This document shows positions 25,601-34,760 of a stretch of DNA of 40,584 nt, one piece after another. The stretch is from contig MGOM01000112.1 in assembly GCA_001797105.1 (NCBI GenBank), forward strand, positions 12,532 through 53,115, given 5' to 3'. The notes below the pieces were generated by a model. It was not told where the DNA came from. It saw only the letters and a program-made list of their open reading frames with translations, and did not search any database. Source of the DNA: Chloroflexi bacterium RBG_19FT_COMBO_62_14 (GTDB taxonomy: Bacteria; Chloroflexota; Anaerolineae; Anaerolineales; E44-bin32). The translations under genes were made by a program, and so were the position numbers. How positions within the stretch are numbered: position 1 is the stretch's first letter; every line of letters begins with the position of its first letter.

Positions 25601-26056
25601 TCAACCGCACAAGGCCTGGATGGCCAGCCACTCGGCTTCGAACGACCCACGCAGATTCCGACCTCCCGACAGGCCAATCCTCCACTTCCCATTCACAGCG
25701 CGACTCCCCTCGGAGTTGGCCAGTTCGATCTCCCCCCACTCGACCGACTCACATGCACCTTCATCGTTGCAGTAGGTCCCCTCTCCCTGCGGATGATCCG
25801 CATCGAAGCGGACAAGGGCCGGCGGCGTGACGAGTGAGCCGGGCCACAGATTGAAGGAAATCGAGGCCGGACTTGCAACCGCGTGCAGATCGAGGATGAC
25901 GGACGGCGCGTCAGTGGGCGCGCAGCCTGAGCTCATCGTCCCGTGATACTCGTTGGGGGTAGAACCGCTCTCGGGTAAGACGTCCGGCGCCGAACCACAG
26001 GCCGCGGGAAGAGCCGCCAGGGCCATTCCCAGGATCACGCAGCCTCTCTTGAGCAT
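25601..26056 (-). CDS. Hypothetical lipoprotein
   Basis: MLKRGCVILGMALAALPAAC with lipobox LPAAC. SD GGAGG lies 5 nt upstream of the ATG at 26056 (the track start at 26068 falls inside the SD). Directly downstream of the DUF4139 gene. Confidence 0.6.
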   Translation of the reverse strand: MLKRGCVILGMALAALPAACGSAPDVLPESGSTPNEYHGTMSSGCAPTDAPSVILDLHAVASPASISFNLWPGSLVTPPALVRFDADHPQGEGTYCNDEGACESVEWGEIELANSEGSRAVNGKWRIGLSGGRNLRGSFEAEWLAIQALCG

Positions 26057-26071
26057 GCCGTCCTCCACGGT

Positions 26072-27597
26072 CTACGGCCAGATGTAACGCACGCCGTAGC
26101 TCACCCGTGTCTCGCCGTTGGCCGGGATGTTCACTCGAAACTCGATCGTTGAGGCATCGAGCTTGGTGTAGTCGGCCGTCGAGCTGAAGATCCTCCACTC
26201 GGTCCAGCGCGAAAGGTGCTCGACTACCCGCACCTCAACGGCCTCATCTTTGTGGTTGCGCAGGGTGATGGTGTAATCCTCCTCCATCCGTGTCTCCGAC
26301 GGCCGGCGGAAATCCGTCCGCACGCGCGCCCCCACGATGTCGAAGGCGTCGCCGATGTACAAACGCAGGTTTTCGCCCTTCGGGGTGTGATCGATCGCAT
26401 CCTCACCGATGAGAAGTGCCGCGCCATCGATGTCCTCCTGGTAGACACGGACTCGACCGCGTGGCAGATCGGCCTCGACATCCTCGGTATCGAACTCGAC
26501 CATCACCATGACTTTGGGGTTTGAAGTGACGCCGTAAGACGGATCGGTCTGGGGATAACTCGAGGCATAGCAGTACCAGTATCCGTCACGGCACTGCAGT
26601 CCATCGTAGACGAAGAACTTTTCGGCCGGGATATCGCCGGCGGATACGAATTCGATCTGCTTGGTTTGGTTGTCCTGGATGGTGACCGGTCGAGGTACCT
26701 GGTAGAGATGGTACTCGAAGAATTCGCGCTGTTGAACGGCCGCCTCCGTAGGCGTCGGCGCCCCTTGCATGTAGAGGTCGCGCGCCGCCATTCCGGGCTC
26801 GGGGAAGCGTTGCAGGTCGCCGGCGATCAGCTTGAGTTGCGCCTCGGGGAAAGTAGCGCCGCTGGTGTTGGTCAGCGTCACCCAACCGTCCAGGTCGATC
26901 GCGCCTTCATCGGCCGCCAGAAGCAGGACATAGTCCGCCTGCCACGAGATGCCTCCGGTCAGGTGAGTCACTTCAAGCTCTTCGGGGCCGCTCTGGCCGG
27001 CGCGCACCAGCCAGACCAACGTCGGCCGGGTGATCAGACCCTGGGGGAGCTCGGGGAAGGAGAACTCCTGGACGTTCTCGACTTTGATCACCGTCACCCG
27101 GCCGCCGCTTTCCTGCAGCACCAGGTCGCCTCGGCCGCTGAGCAGTTTGCCGCGGTACTCCTTCCCGTCTTTGGTAACTACAAGGATCTCCTCGTCCAGG
27201 TACTTCTCCAAGAGGGCCGCGGCGCCCACGAGGTCGAACTCGTAGTTCTGCTCGAGGATCGAGGTCCCGCGAGGGCTGGTGAGCGGTTTGATCAGGACGC
27301 TCGTGGGATCGATGGACGCGGCCACATCGCTGAAGGGATCCGGTTCAAACCCTGCGAGAGATCGAAGCGTCGGCGGTCCTGAACCAGGGCAGTGCCCTGG
27401 TTGTAGATGGTCAACGCCAGCCCGCCGTTGGCCGCCTCGGCCGTGGGCGTGTGGACGGGTCCGGAAGCGCGGATGCTGCCCAGCGAACCGCATGCCAGCA
27501 GCAAGAGGCCCAAGCCAGCAGCGGCGAACCCCAGTCGTCTGGCTGGTCCCGGAGAAGTAGTCCGAAATCCAAAGAAGATGCGCCACAATGGGTTCAT
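26072..27597 (-). pseudogene. DUF4139-family (MuiA-like) secreted protein disrupted by a 1-nt frameshift (or an assembly error)
   Basis: The N-terminus (MNPLWRIFFG...LLLLACGS...GLALTIYNQGTALVQDRRRFDLSQGLNRIP) is in the frame of ORF 27292..27681, with SD GGAGGA before the ATG at 27597. The rest (FSDVAASIDPTSVLIKPL...HLTGGISWQADYVLLL...WVTLTNTSG...VSYGVRYIWP) is in the frame of ORF 26072..28387. The frames join at the GGG run 27335-27337 (minus strand atc-cc-ttc), and one extra C would restore ...NRIPFSDVAAS... Confidence 0.7.
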
Positions 27598-27760
27598 GCC
27601 GGCTTCCTCCTGGTCTGAATGCTGCACTCCAAGGACGTCCGCCGTATCGCCCGTGTTCCCATCGATGGCCTTCTGGACCACGTGATTGGAGAGTCACCGC
27701 GTAAGAGAACCATAAGGACCCGTCTGCTATAATCTCACCGTTCCCAAGGAGATCAGCAGC

Positions 27761-28405
27761 GTGTTCTCGGACGTCATGAAACGGCGCCAGGACGAACAGC
27801 GATTGCGGGAGGAAGGACGACTGCCCCCCGGACAGTCGTTGACTTATAAATTCCCAGTGCTCCACTATGGCCCGGTACCGAAATTCGATCCAGTGACCTG
27901 GGATTTTCGCGTTTTCGGTGAGGTTCAAGAACAGAAGCAATGGTCGTGGGAGGAGTTCCAAAAGCTCCCCCTGAAGCAAGTCCGGATGGACATCCACTGC
28001 GTCACACGTTGGAGTAAGGCCGACACCGAGTGGGGCGGGGTCTCTCTCCGCCATCTGGTCGAAGAGGGGATCGTCGTCCTCAAACCCAGCGCCAGGTTCG
28101 TCATGCAGCACTGCGAGTACGGTTTCACCGTCAACATCCCTCTCGAAACGGCCTTGGCCGACAACTTCCTCCTGGCGACTCATCTCGACGGCGCGCCCAT
28201 CTCTCCAGATCATGGTTATCCGGTGCGCGGTGTAATCGGGCTTATCCCGGGTCGGCCCGAGCTCAAGACCTCCTACCTCTGGAAGGGCGGCAAATGGCTG
28301 CGCGGCCTCGAGTTCATGCCCCAGGATCGGCTCGGGTTCTGGGAACAGGCCGGCTACCACAATGAGGCCGATGTGTGGAAGGAACAACGCGTGACGCGCG
28401 GATAA
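27761..28405 (+). CDS. Sulfite-oxidase-like molybdopterin-binding oxidoreductase domain protein
   Basis: 214 aa. DIHCVTRWSKADTEWGGVSL (Moco cysteine context) and GYPVRGVI. GTG start with GGAG 10 nt upstream. TATAAT lies at 27728-27733. Confidence 0.85.
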   Translation: MFSDVMKRRQDEQRLREEGRLPPGQSLTYKFPVLHYGPVPKFDPVTWDFRVFGEVQEQKQWSWEEFQKLPLKQVRMDIHCVTRWSKADTEWGGVSLRHLVEEGIVVLKPSARFVMQHCEYGFTVNIPLETALADNFLLATHLDGAPISPDHGYPVRGVIGLIPGRPELKTSYLWKGGKWLRGLEFMPQDRLGFWEQAGYHNEADVWKEQRVTRG

Positions 28406-28741
28406 ACGCTCCCTCTGCTCCGCAGACGATCAACCTCTTCCAGGCACTCCTCAGCCAATCACACTACCCCGACATCCCTTCCCCTAGGGCCTAAGCAGTC
28501 ATCTTTCTTACCACCGAGCACCTTGGTTGCTCTGCAGGTGTGTATCGGTTCAATGCCCTGCCTCACATCAAACGGATGGCCGGGGATCGAGTTCGCTCAT
28601 GGCCCATCGGGGCTCCGACCCCACCCCTTCCCAGATTACCTCAACCCCCTCCCCCGGCTGAGCTCCCCGCTTGAAGGAGTGCTATTTCGAAGGCAAGCGA
28701 AACCTCTGGAAATCCGTCGATGCTGAAGGTCAAGCTCGACC

Positions 28742-28747
28742 TATAAT
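28742..28747 (+). promoter_or_regulatory. Candidate -10 element (TATAAT) for pcm
   Basis: TATAAT lies 16 nt upstream of the ATG at 28764, with a G-rich SD in between. No good -35. Confidence 0.35.
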
Positions 28748-28763
28748 CTGAAGTGGGGGGAAC

Positions 28764-29438
28764 ATGAGCGAGTCCGACGACCTTGCCGCCCGACGGCGAA
28801 TGGTGGATGAACAACTGCGCGAGCGCGACATCACTGACGCGCGCGTGCTCGAGGCGATGATGACAGTGCCCCGGCACCTGTTCATCCCGCCTGAGTCGAG
28901 GCACTTTGCCTATTCGGACGGCCCACTCCCGATCGGTCAGAGACAGACGATCTCGCAGCCGTACATCGTCGCTCTGATGACCCAGCTCCTGGAATTGGTA
29001 GGCACGGAGACGGTCCTTGAGGTGGGCACGGGCTCGGGGTATCAGGCAGCGGTGTTGGCGCGGCTGGCGCGGCAGGTGTATACCGTCGAACGGTCGGCCG
29101 AATTGGCCGGGCTGGCGCGGCAGGTGCTTGAGAGGCTCGAGGTTGAAAACGTGGCAGTCAGCCAGGGAGACGGCTCGCGTGGGCTCCCCGAGTTCGCTCC
29201 ATACCAGGGGGTCGTCGTGACTGCCGCCGCCCCGCGAGTGCCTCGGCCGCTGTTGGACCAGCTTGATCTTGAGGGCCGGCTGGTGCTCCCCGTTGGAGGA
29301 CGTGACGGCCAGATCCTCGAGCGCTGGAGGAGAGATGGAAAGGACTTCCGAGTCGAGCGGATCGTCCCGGTGGCCTTTGTGCCACTGATCGGCGAGCACG
29401 GCTGGGCCGACGATGAAGGAGAGTGTCGATGGATTTAG
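28764..29438 (+). CDS. pcm: Protein-L-isoaspartate O-methyltransferase
   Basis: 224 aa. TISQPYIVALMTQLL and the SAM motif VLEVGTGSGYQAAVLA. Confidence 0.95.
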   Translation: MSESDDLAARRRMVDEQLRERDITDARVLEAMMTVPRHLFIPPESRHFAYSDGPLPIGQRQTISQPYIVALMTQLLELVGTETVLEVGTGSGYQAAVLARLARQVYTVERSAELAGLARQVLERLEVENVAVSQGDGSRGLPEFAPYQGVVVTAAAPRVPRPLLDQLDLEGRLVLPVGGRDGQILERWRRDGKDFRVERIVPVAFVPLIGEHGWADDEGECRWI

Positions 29439-30496
29439 CTCGCCCCGTCCGAGAAGGGCCCCGCGTCGCTTCGGGCGCGGCCACTTTGATCGCGGCTCTG
29501 GTAGCGGGCTTGCTGACCGGCTGCATCGTCGGCCGTCCCGCCTCCACACCAATCCCTCCGACTCTGACCGCGGCGCCCAGCAGACCGTCCGCCACCCCGA
29601 CCGTGCCTCCGCCAAGCTCGACGCCACAACCTCCGACGCCGATCCCGAGCGACACGCCGACTGCAACCCTGGCACCGGGCGAGGTCCCGGCCCTGGGTCG
29701 TGTGTTCTTCTTGATCTTCGAGAATCGCGAGTTCGGCCAGGTGATCGGGAATTCCACTGCACCAAACTTCAACGGACTCGCCGCGCAGGGCGCGCTGCTC
29801 ACCGAGCACTATGCCATCACGCATCCGTCATTCCCGAACTACCTGGCCCTGGTGGCTGGAGATACCTTCGGTATCACGCGCAACTGCGAAGACTGCTATC
29901 AGGACGCGCCGATTCTGGTGGACCAGCTGGAGGCCAGCGGCCGGACCTGGCGAGCCTATCTCGAAGGGATGCCCGAGCCCTGCTTCGACTACACGGTTCA
30001 CCCCTACGCCAAGCGGCACAATCCCTTCATGTACTTCGAGAGCGTCCGCTCCGATCCGGATCGGTGCCTGTCAAGCGTCGTGCCCTTCGACCAATTTGGC
30101 GCGGACCTGAATGCGGGGAGCCTTCCCGATTTTGTGTGGATAACCCCCGACATCTGCAACAGCGCTCATGATTGTCCGCTGGCGACGGCGGATGCCTGGC
30201 TGGGGACGGTGGTCGGCAGTATCCGAGGTTCCCCGGCCTACGGCCCGGACAGCTTGATCATCATTACCTGGGACGAGGGCGCCGGGGAAGCAGGCTGCTG
30301 TGAGCTGGCGCACGGAGGCCGAGTCGCCACGGTGCTACTCTCACCGATGATCCAGCCGGGCGTCGAGGACCCCACTCCCTATACGCACTACTCGATCCTG
30401 GCGATGCTCGAGAAGGGATGGGGGCTCGAGCTTCTGGGTCTGGCCGGGGATCCGCGTACGACGCCGGTTTCTGAAGTCTGGAGACTAAGCCCCTGA
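29429..30496 (+). CDS. Phosphoesterase-family (PLC/AcpA-like) secreted lipoprotein with a Pro/Thr-rich linker
   Basis: Lipobox LLTGC. PT-rich linker PTLTAAPSRPSATPTVPPPSSTPQPPTPIPSDTPT. Motifs FFLIFENREFGQVIG, HPSFPNYLALVAGDTFG and ITPDICNSAHD. ATG 29429 (SD GGAG 8 nt upstream) is preferred over the track GTG 29423. Overlaps the pcm stop. Confidence 0.85.
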   Translation: MDLARPVREGPRVASGAATLIAALVAGLLTGCIVGRPASTPIPPTLTAAPSRPSATPTVPPPSSTPQPPTPIPSDTPTATLAPGEVPALGRVFFLIFENREFGQVIGNSTAPNFNGLAAQGALLTEHYAITHPSFPNYLALVAGDTFGITRNCEDCYQDAPILVDQLEASGRTWRAYLEGMPEPCFDYTVHPYAKRHNPFMYFESVRSDPDRCLSSVVPFDQFGADLNAGSLPDFVWITPDICNSAHDCPLATADAWLGTVVGSIRGSPAYGPDSLIIITWDEGAGEAGCCELAHGGRVATVLLSPMIQPGVEDPTPYTHYSILAMLEKGWGLELLGLAGDPRTTPVSEVWRLSP

Positions 30497-30680
30497 CAGA
30501 GGAACTCAGCGTGCACGGCGAATTCGCTTCGGCAGCTCTCCGTCTCAGCCGACATTGCGATTGGATACCGTGGACCGAGTTGGCCCTCCGCTCTTCGCAG
30601 GCGCTGATTCCGATGTTGTTCGTTCTCGCGGATGGACAAGGGGGCAAGACCGCCACTGCCGGTCTCGGGAAGAGGGCACG

Positions 30681-33092
30681 TTAGGCCCCTTGTTTTCCAG
30701 GACCGTCCCCAGTGCCTTCTTCGTGCGCCGTTGCTAGATAGGCCATCGCAGTCCCAGCCTCGCCGTCCATAACCAGTTCGAGCAGCGCCCCGTCTCCGGC
30801 GGCTGGGATGTGTATCACGCGGACGGCTTGTGACCAGGAGGCGGCCTCAGGCAGGAGCTCGGCAAGAGCATTCGGGGCTTGATCGAAAAAGGCCTGATTG
30901 AACTCCGCCTCGGGGTCACTCAGTGCCAGTGCCAATGGGTAGATGCGAGCTTCGACCAGGTCCTGAAAGAAATGGGTGCCATAGGATGGTTCGGGCGCCG
31001 ACTCATCGCTGGCCAGTTCAATCAGCGCCCGCGCCCGATAGAGGTCGCCGTACTTGACGGGGATCCCCAGATCCGGATTGTCGCTGCCCCAACGCCCGGG
31101 ACCGATCAGGATGAAGACCTTCTCGGCCAATCGTTCATTCAGGTGCCCGATCAGGCGGGCGAGCTCGATCTGGGCTTGGCGGTCCATAGCCGCATAGTCC
31201 GAGGGGGAGACGTAGACCACGTACTCGATATCGGTCACCCGACCGTCAGGCACCAACCGCTGACTGACAAAGATCCGTCGCGAAGCAGGAATGTCTTTGC
31301 GAAGTTCGACCGCTTGTGACTTCAAGCGACTTTGCGGCCGGCATTGAAGGAGATAGATCGCCGGTTGACTCCGCAGTTCATCCGTCTCCTCGAGAAGGAC
31401 CAGGAACTCTACATCCACGGGGACCGCATAAGCACGTTCGAGGGTCTGGAGCATATGCCGCATCAAATCGGCGAACGCTGTCCGCCGTAGCAGGCCGTCA
31501 TAGGTGATCACGACCTCTTTCGGATTGAGATCGATGGGCGTACTGACGAACTCCTGGAGATGACCGTCGATAAAACGCTGAGCCAGCAGACGCAGGTGGG
31601 GTAAAGTCGGGCGGATGAGCTCCTCGATACCCACGCTGCGAAGCGAATTGGTTTTGAGGTCGATCAGGTCGACATGTCGCTGCGAATAGCGCCGGACATG
31701 GTCCGGGTTCGAGTCGGGCTGAAGAAGAGGATGGCTCAGGGCAACGAGCCTTGGGTAGTCTCCCCCGAGCTGTTCGACGGCCCGGGTGCCCAGACCCCAC
31801 ACGACCCTCACGAATCCGGCCCGCCGGTCAATGCGAGGGCTCCAGCGAAACTGATTGCGGGAGAACGCTACCCCGGCCGCGTCCGGCAGGTAGCGATCAC
31901 CGAGACGGATGCCCTGGACCTCCTGGATCAGGATAGCCATACGCTCGTCGTAATCCAGAAGGTTGTTCAGCCGCCGATAGAACAGGACATCTGGGCTGTA
32001 GACGCTCGCATACACGTTCCGGATCGCGTCTATCAAGCGCTTGAGGTTCTCCTCGTGCGAGCCCTGGTTCGGGCAGAAGTAGCTCTCGTACTTCCCGGCG
32101 AACGACGTGCCGAAAGAATCCTCAAGCAGGCTGGACGAGCGGACGATCAATGGCAGGCTGCCGACCTGATCCAGGACCGAACGCAGGCCGTTGACGATCT
32201 CGTTCGGGAATCGACCGGCCTGGAACTGCTCGCGAATTACGTCGAATTCGGCGCGGATCTGAGTCTCGCTCTTGTACTTCTGGTTGGCGAAGCCGACCAT
32301 CCCGTTGAGCTGATTGAACTGGTAGAAGATATCCGCACCCAAGAACCATGAGCGCGGGACGTGCAGACGGTCGAGCAAGGCCTGGTTGGCCGACTTGCGC
32401 AGGATGCAGTCTGCCAGGACGATCCCGGCGGCCTTCCCACCGATCTTGCCTCGGCCGATGCGGCGGTCAAGAACGCCCCGCAGATCGGCCATGTCGAACC
32501 ATTCCTTGGCGATCCCGACATACCCTAGATGGTCGCTGATCATGGCCTTGGTTAGGACGACCTTGATTTCCTTCAGGTGATGCTCGACGCGAGCGCGTTC
32601 CTTGGGAGGCAGAGTCTCATAAGCCTCACCCTGGGCGAAGAGCATGTCCCAGGGCGCAAGCTCCGGATGAAAAGTGAGCACCACGTCCTGAGAAGGGCCG
32701 CGCTCGGCCAAAGTCCTGCGGACGATCTCGACAAAGCGTTCGTGGGGAAGGTTGTAAGCGAAATAGAAGTCGGTGAGGTTGTCCTGGATGAGGGCCAGGC
32801 GCTGGGCCCACGTGTCCGGGTGTTCCTGTTTGAGCGGATCAATCAGCCCTTCCCGCCGCTGGGATTGGATGGCCTTCTCATGGGCTTCGGCTTCAAAAGC
32901 CTCCTGGGTGATGACCCCGGTCCGGAAGATTTCGCGGCGCATGCGCTCCCGAATCCGACCGGCGAGGATGGGGTACTGGGTCAGTTCAAGGTAGAGCGTC
33001 AGGGCCTTTGGGAACCCGGTCGGGTCGAAAACCACTTTCTCAACTCCAGGCGTCTCGCGATCAGGCCCCTTTCCTGGCGATCGGCCCCGCAA
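30681..33092 (-). CDS. PEP/pyruvate-binding (PPDK N-terminal ATP-grasp-like) domain protein
   Basis: 803 aa. GGKAAGIVLA... and LIVRSSSLLEDSFGTSFAGKYESYF are typical of the PPDK_N domain. I saw no phosphohistidine swivel (TSH) motif. The start is uncertain: TTG 33092 in the track, or GTG 33035 with GGAG 8 nt upstream. Confidence 0.8.
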   Translation of the reverse strand: MRGRSPGKGPDRETPGVEKVVFDPTGFPKALTLYLELTQYPILAGRIRERMRREIFRTGVITQEAFEAEAHEKAIQSQRREGLIDPLKQEHPDTWAQRLALIQDNLTDFYFAYNLPHERFVEIVRRTLAERGPSQDVVLTFHPELAPWDMLFAQGEAYETLPPKERARVEHHLKEIKVVLTKAMISDHLGYVGIAKEWFDMADLRGVLDRRIGRGKIGGKAAGIVLADCILRKSANQALLDRLHVPRSWFLGADIFYQFNQLNGMVGFANQKYKSETQIRAEFDVIREQFQAGRFPNEIVNGLRSVLDQVGSLPLIVRSSSLLEDSFGTSFAGKYESYFCPNQGSHEENLKRLIDAIRNVYASVYSPDVLFYRRLNNLLDYDERMAILIQEVQGIRLGDRYLPDAAGVAFSRNQFRWSPRIDRRAGFVRVVWGLGTRAVEQLGGDYPRLVALSHPLLQPDSNPDHVRRYSQRHVDLIDLKTNSLRSVGIEELIRPTLPHLRLLAQRFIDGHLQEFVSTPIDLNPKEVVITYDGLLRRTAFADLMRHMLQTLERAYAVPVDVEFLVLLEETDELRSQPAIYLLQCRPQSRLKSQAVELRKDIPASRRIFVSQRLVPDGRVTDIEYVVYVSPSDYAAMDRQAQIELARLIGHLNERLAEKVFILIGPGRWGSDNPDLGIPVKYGDLYRARALIELASDESAPEPSYGTHFFQDLVEARIYPLALALSDPEAEFNQAFFDQAPNALAELLPEAASWSQAVRVIHIPAAGDGALLELVMDGEAGTAMAYLATAHEEGTGDGPGKQGA

Positions 33093-33250
33093 GTGCCATT
33101 CTCCACGGAACTTGGAGCCTCCCGCTGGACCGGCACTTAAGCGCCGTCGATTGGGTGGATCTCCGAAGGGATCTGGAGTATACGCGCTCGCGCGGGTGAA
33201 TCATACCGCGCCCGATGTGCCAGGTGCATTCCAAGAAAGTTGGCACTTGA

Positions 33251-33339
33251 AGCGAGGCAATCACGCTGAGCGGAGCGCAGTCGAAGCGCGATAGCCACAT
33301 CTGGGATGGTCCTTCGACTGCGCTCGGCTTCGCCTCGCT
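33251..33339. other. Long nested stem-loop in the dnaN-downstream intergenic region (candidate structured RNA or palindromic element)
   Basis: Outer stem AGCGAGGC (33251-33258) / GCCTCGCT (33332-33339). Inner perfect 14-bp stem GAGCGCAGTCGAAG (33273-33286) / CTTCGACTGCGCTC (33312-33325) with a 25-nt loop. An alternative 10-bp pairing is GAGCGGAGCG (33268-33277) / CGCTCCGCTC (33336-33345). Confidence 0.45.
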
Positions 33340-33560
33340 CCGCTCCCTGGCCTGCCCCGCACGAACTTAGCGGGGTGAGTCTTAAGATGAAATAGGTGAA
33401 GGCCCATCTCATCGCCGCCCTATCGCAAGTGCAATGTGAGGTTTCATCTAGCGGGGTGGACAAGACGAGGCAGCCAAGGCTCCACGCCCCCGCCATCGTC
33501 GTGGCGGGAGACCGGAGGCAAGAATCCTGGGTGGGCGGGGTGCAGAGAGGAAGTCGGCCG

Positions 33561-34694
33561 TCAGCGGCCGATATGCATCGGCATGATCACGTGCAGGAAG
33601 TCATCCCGGCCGACGGGACGGATAACTCCGGGGGCAGAGGCGCTGGTTGTCTCGAGCGCGACGTTCGGCGTGTCAATGACATTCAGGACGTCCATCAGGA
33701 ATCGGACGTTGAAAGCGATCTCGATGGGTTCGCCTTCGATCGTCGCGTCGACTTGCGTCTCGTTCGACCCAGTTTCGGCCGACGTCGCTGAAACCAACAC
33801 CCTCCCGGGCTCCAGCTCGCTCCCTGGCGCCACCCGTACCCGGGCCGAGTGAGCCGACTCGCGGGCGAAGATCTCGGCGGCCCGGCAAGCCTTGAGGAAG
33901 GCCGAGGTCGGGAGCACGCTGCGCGTGGCCTTGCTGGTGGGGATGATCCCCTGGTAATCGGGGAAACTCCCGTCAATCAACTGGGAGACGAGCTCGCTGT
34001 CCTTGGTGCGAAAGATCACCTGGCCGCGGTTTTCCGGAAGGAGCATTGACACGGTTTCCTGGCCGTCGGCAATCATGCGGGCCAGTTCGTTCAGCGCACG
34101 GGCCGGGATGATCGCCCGCAGCGGGCCCGGCTCGGGCGAGGTCAGGTGAGACGAGCGGACGGACAGCCGGAAGCCATCAGCGGCAGCCAGGGTCATCTCG
34201 CCGTCCTTGATCTCCGCCAGAACGCCCGTTAATACCGGGCGGGCATCGTCGCTGGAGGCGGCGAAGGCGACTTGACCGATCATCTCTCGCAGATCCTCGG
34301 TATCCAGCGGGACGCCTCCATCCATATCGGCCGGGGGAAGCGGTGGAAAGTCCTGAGCGTCGATGCACTTGATGTCGTTGGTAAACGGGCCGCAGACCAC
34401 GTGCAGGCTCTGCGTCCGGACGGAGAACTCCATGTCGACTCGCTCGTTGGGGAAAGTGTTCACCAGGTCGACGAATGTCCGAGCGGGAACGGTCGTGGCC
34501 CCCGGCGCCTCGATCTTGGCTCCGATCCAGCATGTGATTCCGAGTTCGAGGTTGGTGGCCGACAGACGCAGCCGTCCGTCTTCAGTGGCAAGTAGCACGT
34601 TTCCCAGGACGGGCAGCGTGCTCCTCGGCGCAACGGCCCGGGCGACACTCCCGAGAGCGCGGGACAGATTCTCTTGGAGGCAGGAGACTTTCAT
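33561..34694 (-). CDS. dnaN: DNA polymerase III beta subunit (sliding clamp)
   Basis: MKVSCLQENLSRALGSVARAVAPRSTLPVLGNVLL... and LRLSATNLELGI. 377 aa from the ATG at 34694. The longer track ORF adds a non-homologous 64-aa extension. Confidence 0.93.
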   Translation of the reverse strand: MKVSCLQENLSRALGSVARAVAPRSTLPVLGNVLLATEDGRLRLSATNLELGITCWIGAKIEAPGATTVPARTFVDLVNTFPNERVDMEFSVRTQSLHVVCGPFTNDIKCIDAQDFPPLPPADMDGGVPLDTEDLREMIGQVAFAASSDDARPVLTGVLAEIKDGEMTLAAADGFRLSVRSSHLTSPEPGPLRAIIPARALNELARMIADGQETVSMLLPENRGQVIFRTKDSELVSQLIDGSFPDYQGIIPTSKATRSVLPTSAFLKACRAAEIFARESAHSARVRVAPGSELEPGRVLVSATSAETGSNETQVDATIEGEPIEIAFNVRFLMDVLNVIDTPNVALETTSASAPGVIRPVGRDDFLHVIMPMHIGR

Positions 34695-34731
34695 GGTTTC
34701 TGAGCCCTTGGGGGTCGGATGGCGGATTAGA

Positions 34732-34760
34732 AGTATACAACGAAGGATCGAAGTGGACAA
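34732..34760 (-). promoter_or_regulatory. Candidate promoter for dnaN
   Basis: Minus strand reads TTGTCC (34760-34755), N17, TATACT (34737-34732). The -35 lies within TTGTCCACT, a 7/9 match to the DnaA-box consensus TTATCCACA. Confidence 0.45.

Noticed and set aside
27338-27355. tRNA T-loop-like GGTTCAAACC.
   Set aside because: There are no flanking complementary T-stem or acceptor stem sequences, and it lies inside the DUF4139 coding region. No tRNA cloverleaf can be drawn.
27598-28387. Upstream 260 codons of the 771-aa minus-strand ORF (26072..28387).
   Set aside because: The sequence is not protein-like (R/G/P/H-rich) and lies antisense to the well-supported molybdopterin oxidoreductase gene. 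The real DUF4139 N-terminus, with signal peptide and SD, lies in another frame starting at 27597. It is a GC-rich shadow ORF.
28658-28668. Shared CTGAGCTC plus C-run motif in two C-rich upstream regions (28658-28668 and 39176-39189).
   Set aside because: An 8-mer repeated once in about 40 kb counting both strands is expected by chance, and there is no further flanking similarity.
28641-29765. 374-aa minus-strand ORF and the 214-aa ORF 29158..29802.
   Set aside because: They lie antisense to pcm and the phosphoesterase gene. Their composition is low-complexity R/P/G/S and they carry no motifs. Typical high-GC antisense ORFs.
30641-30670. B12-box-like GCCACTG within a hairpin (AGACCG...CGGTCT).
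   Set aside because: It lies between two convergent gene ends rather than upstream of any gene. The rest of the cobalamin riboswitch consensus is missing. It is more likely a terminator-type hairpin.
33093-33560. Possible oriC next to dnaN (DnaA-box-like 9-mers such as ATAGCCACA at 33291, TTGTCCACC on the minus strand at about 33455, and TTCTCCACG at about 33099).
   Set aside because: The matches to TTATCCACA are only 6-7/9, which is expected by chance. There is no dnaA gene in the window, no clear AT-rich unwinding element, and no box clustering with consistent spacing. This cannot be supported without genome-wide GC-skew analysis.
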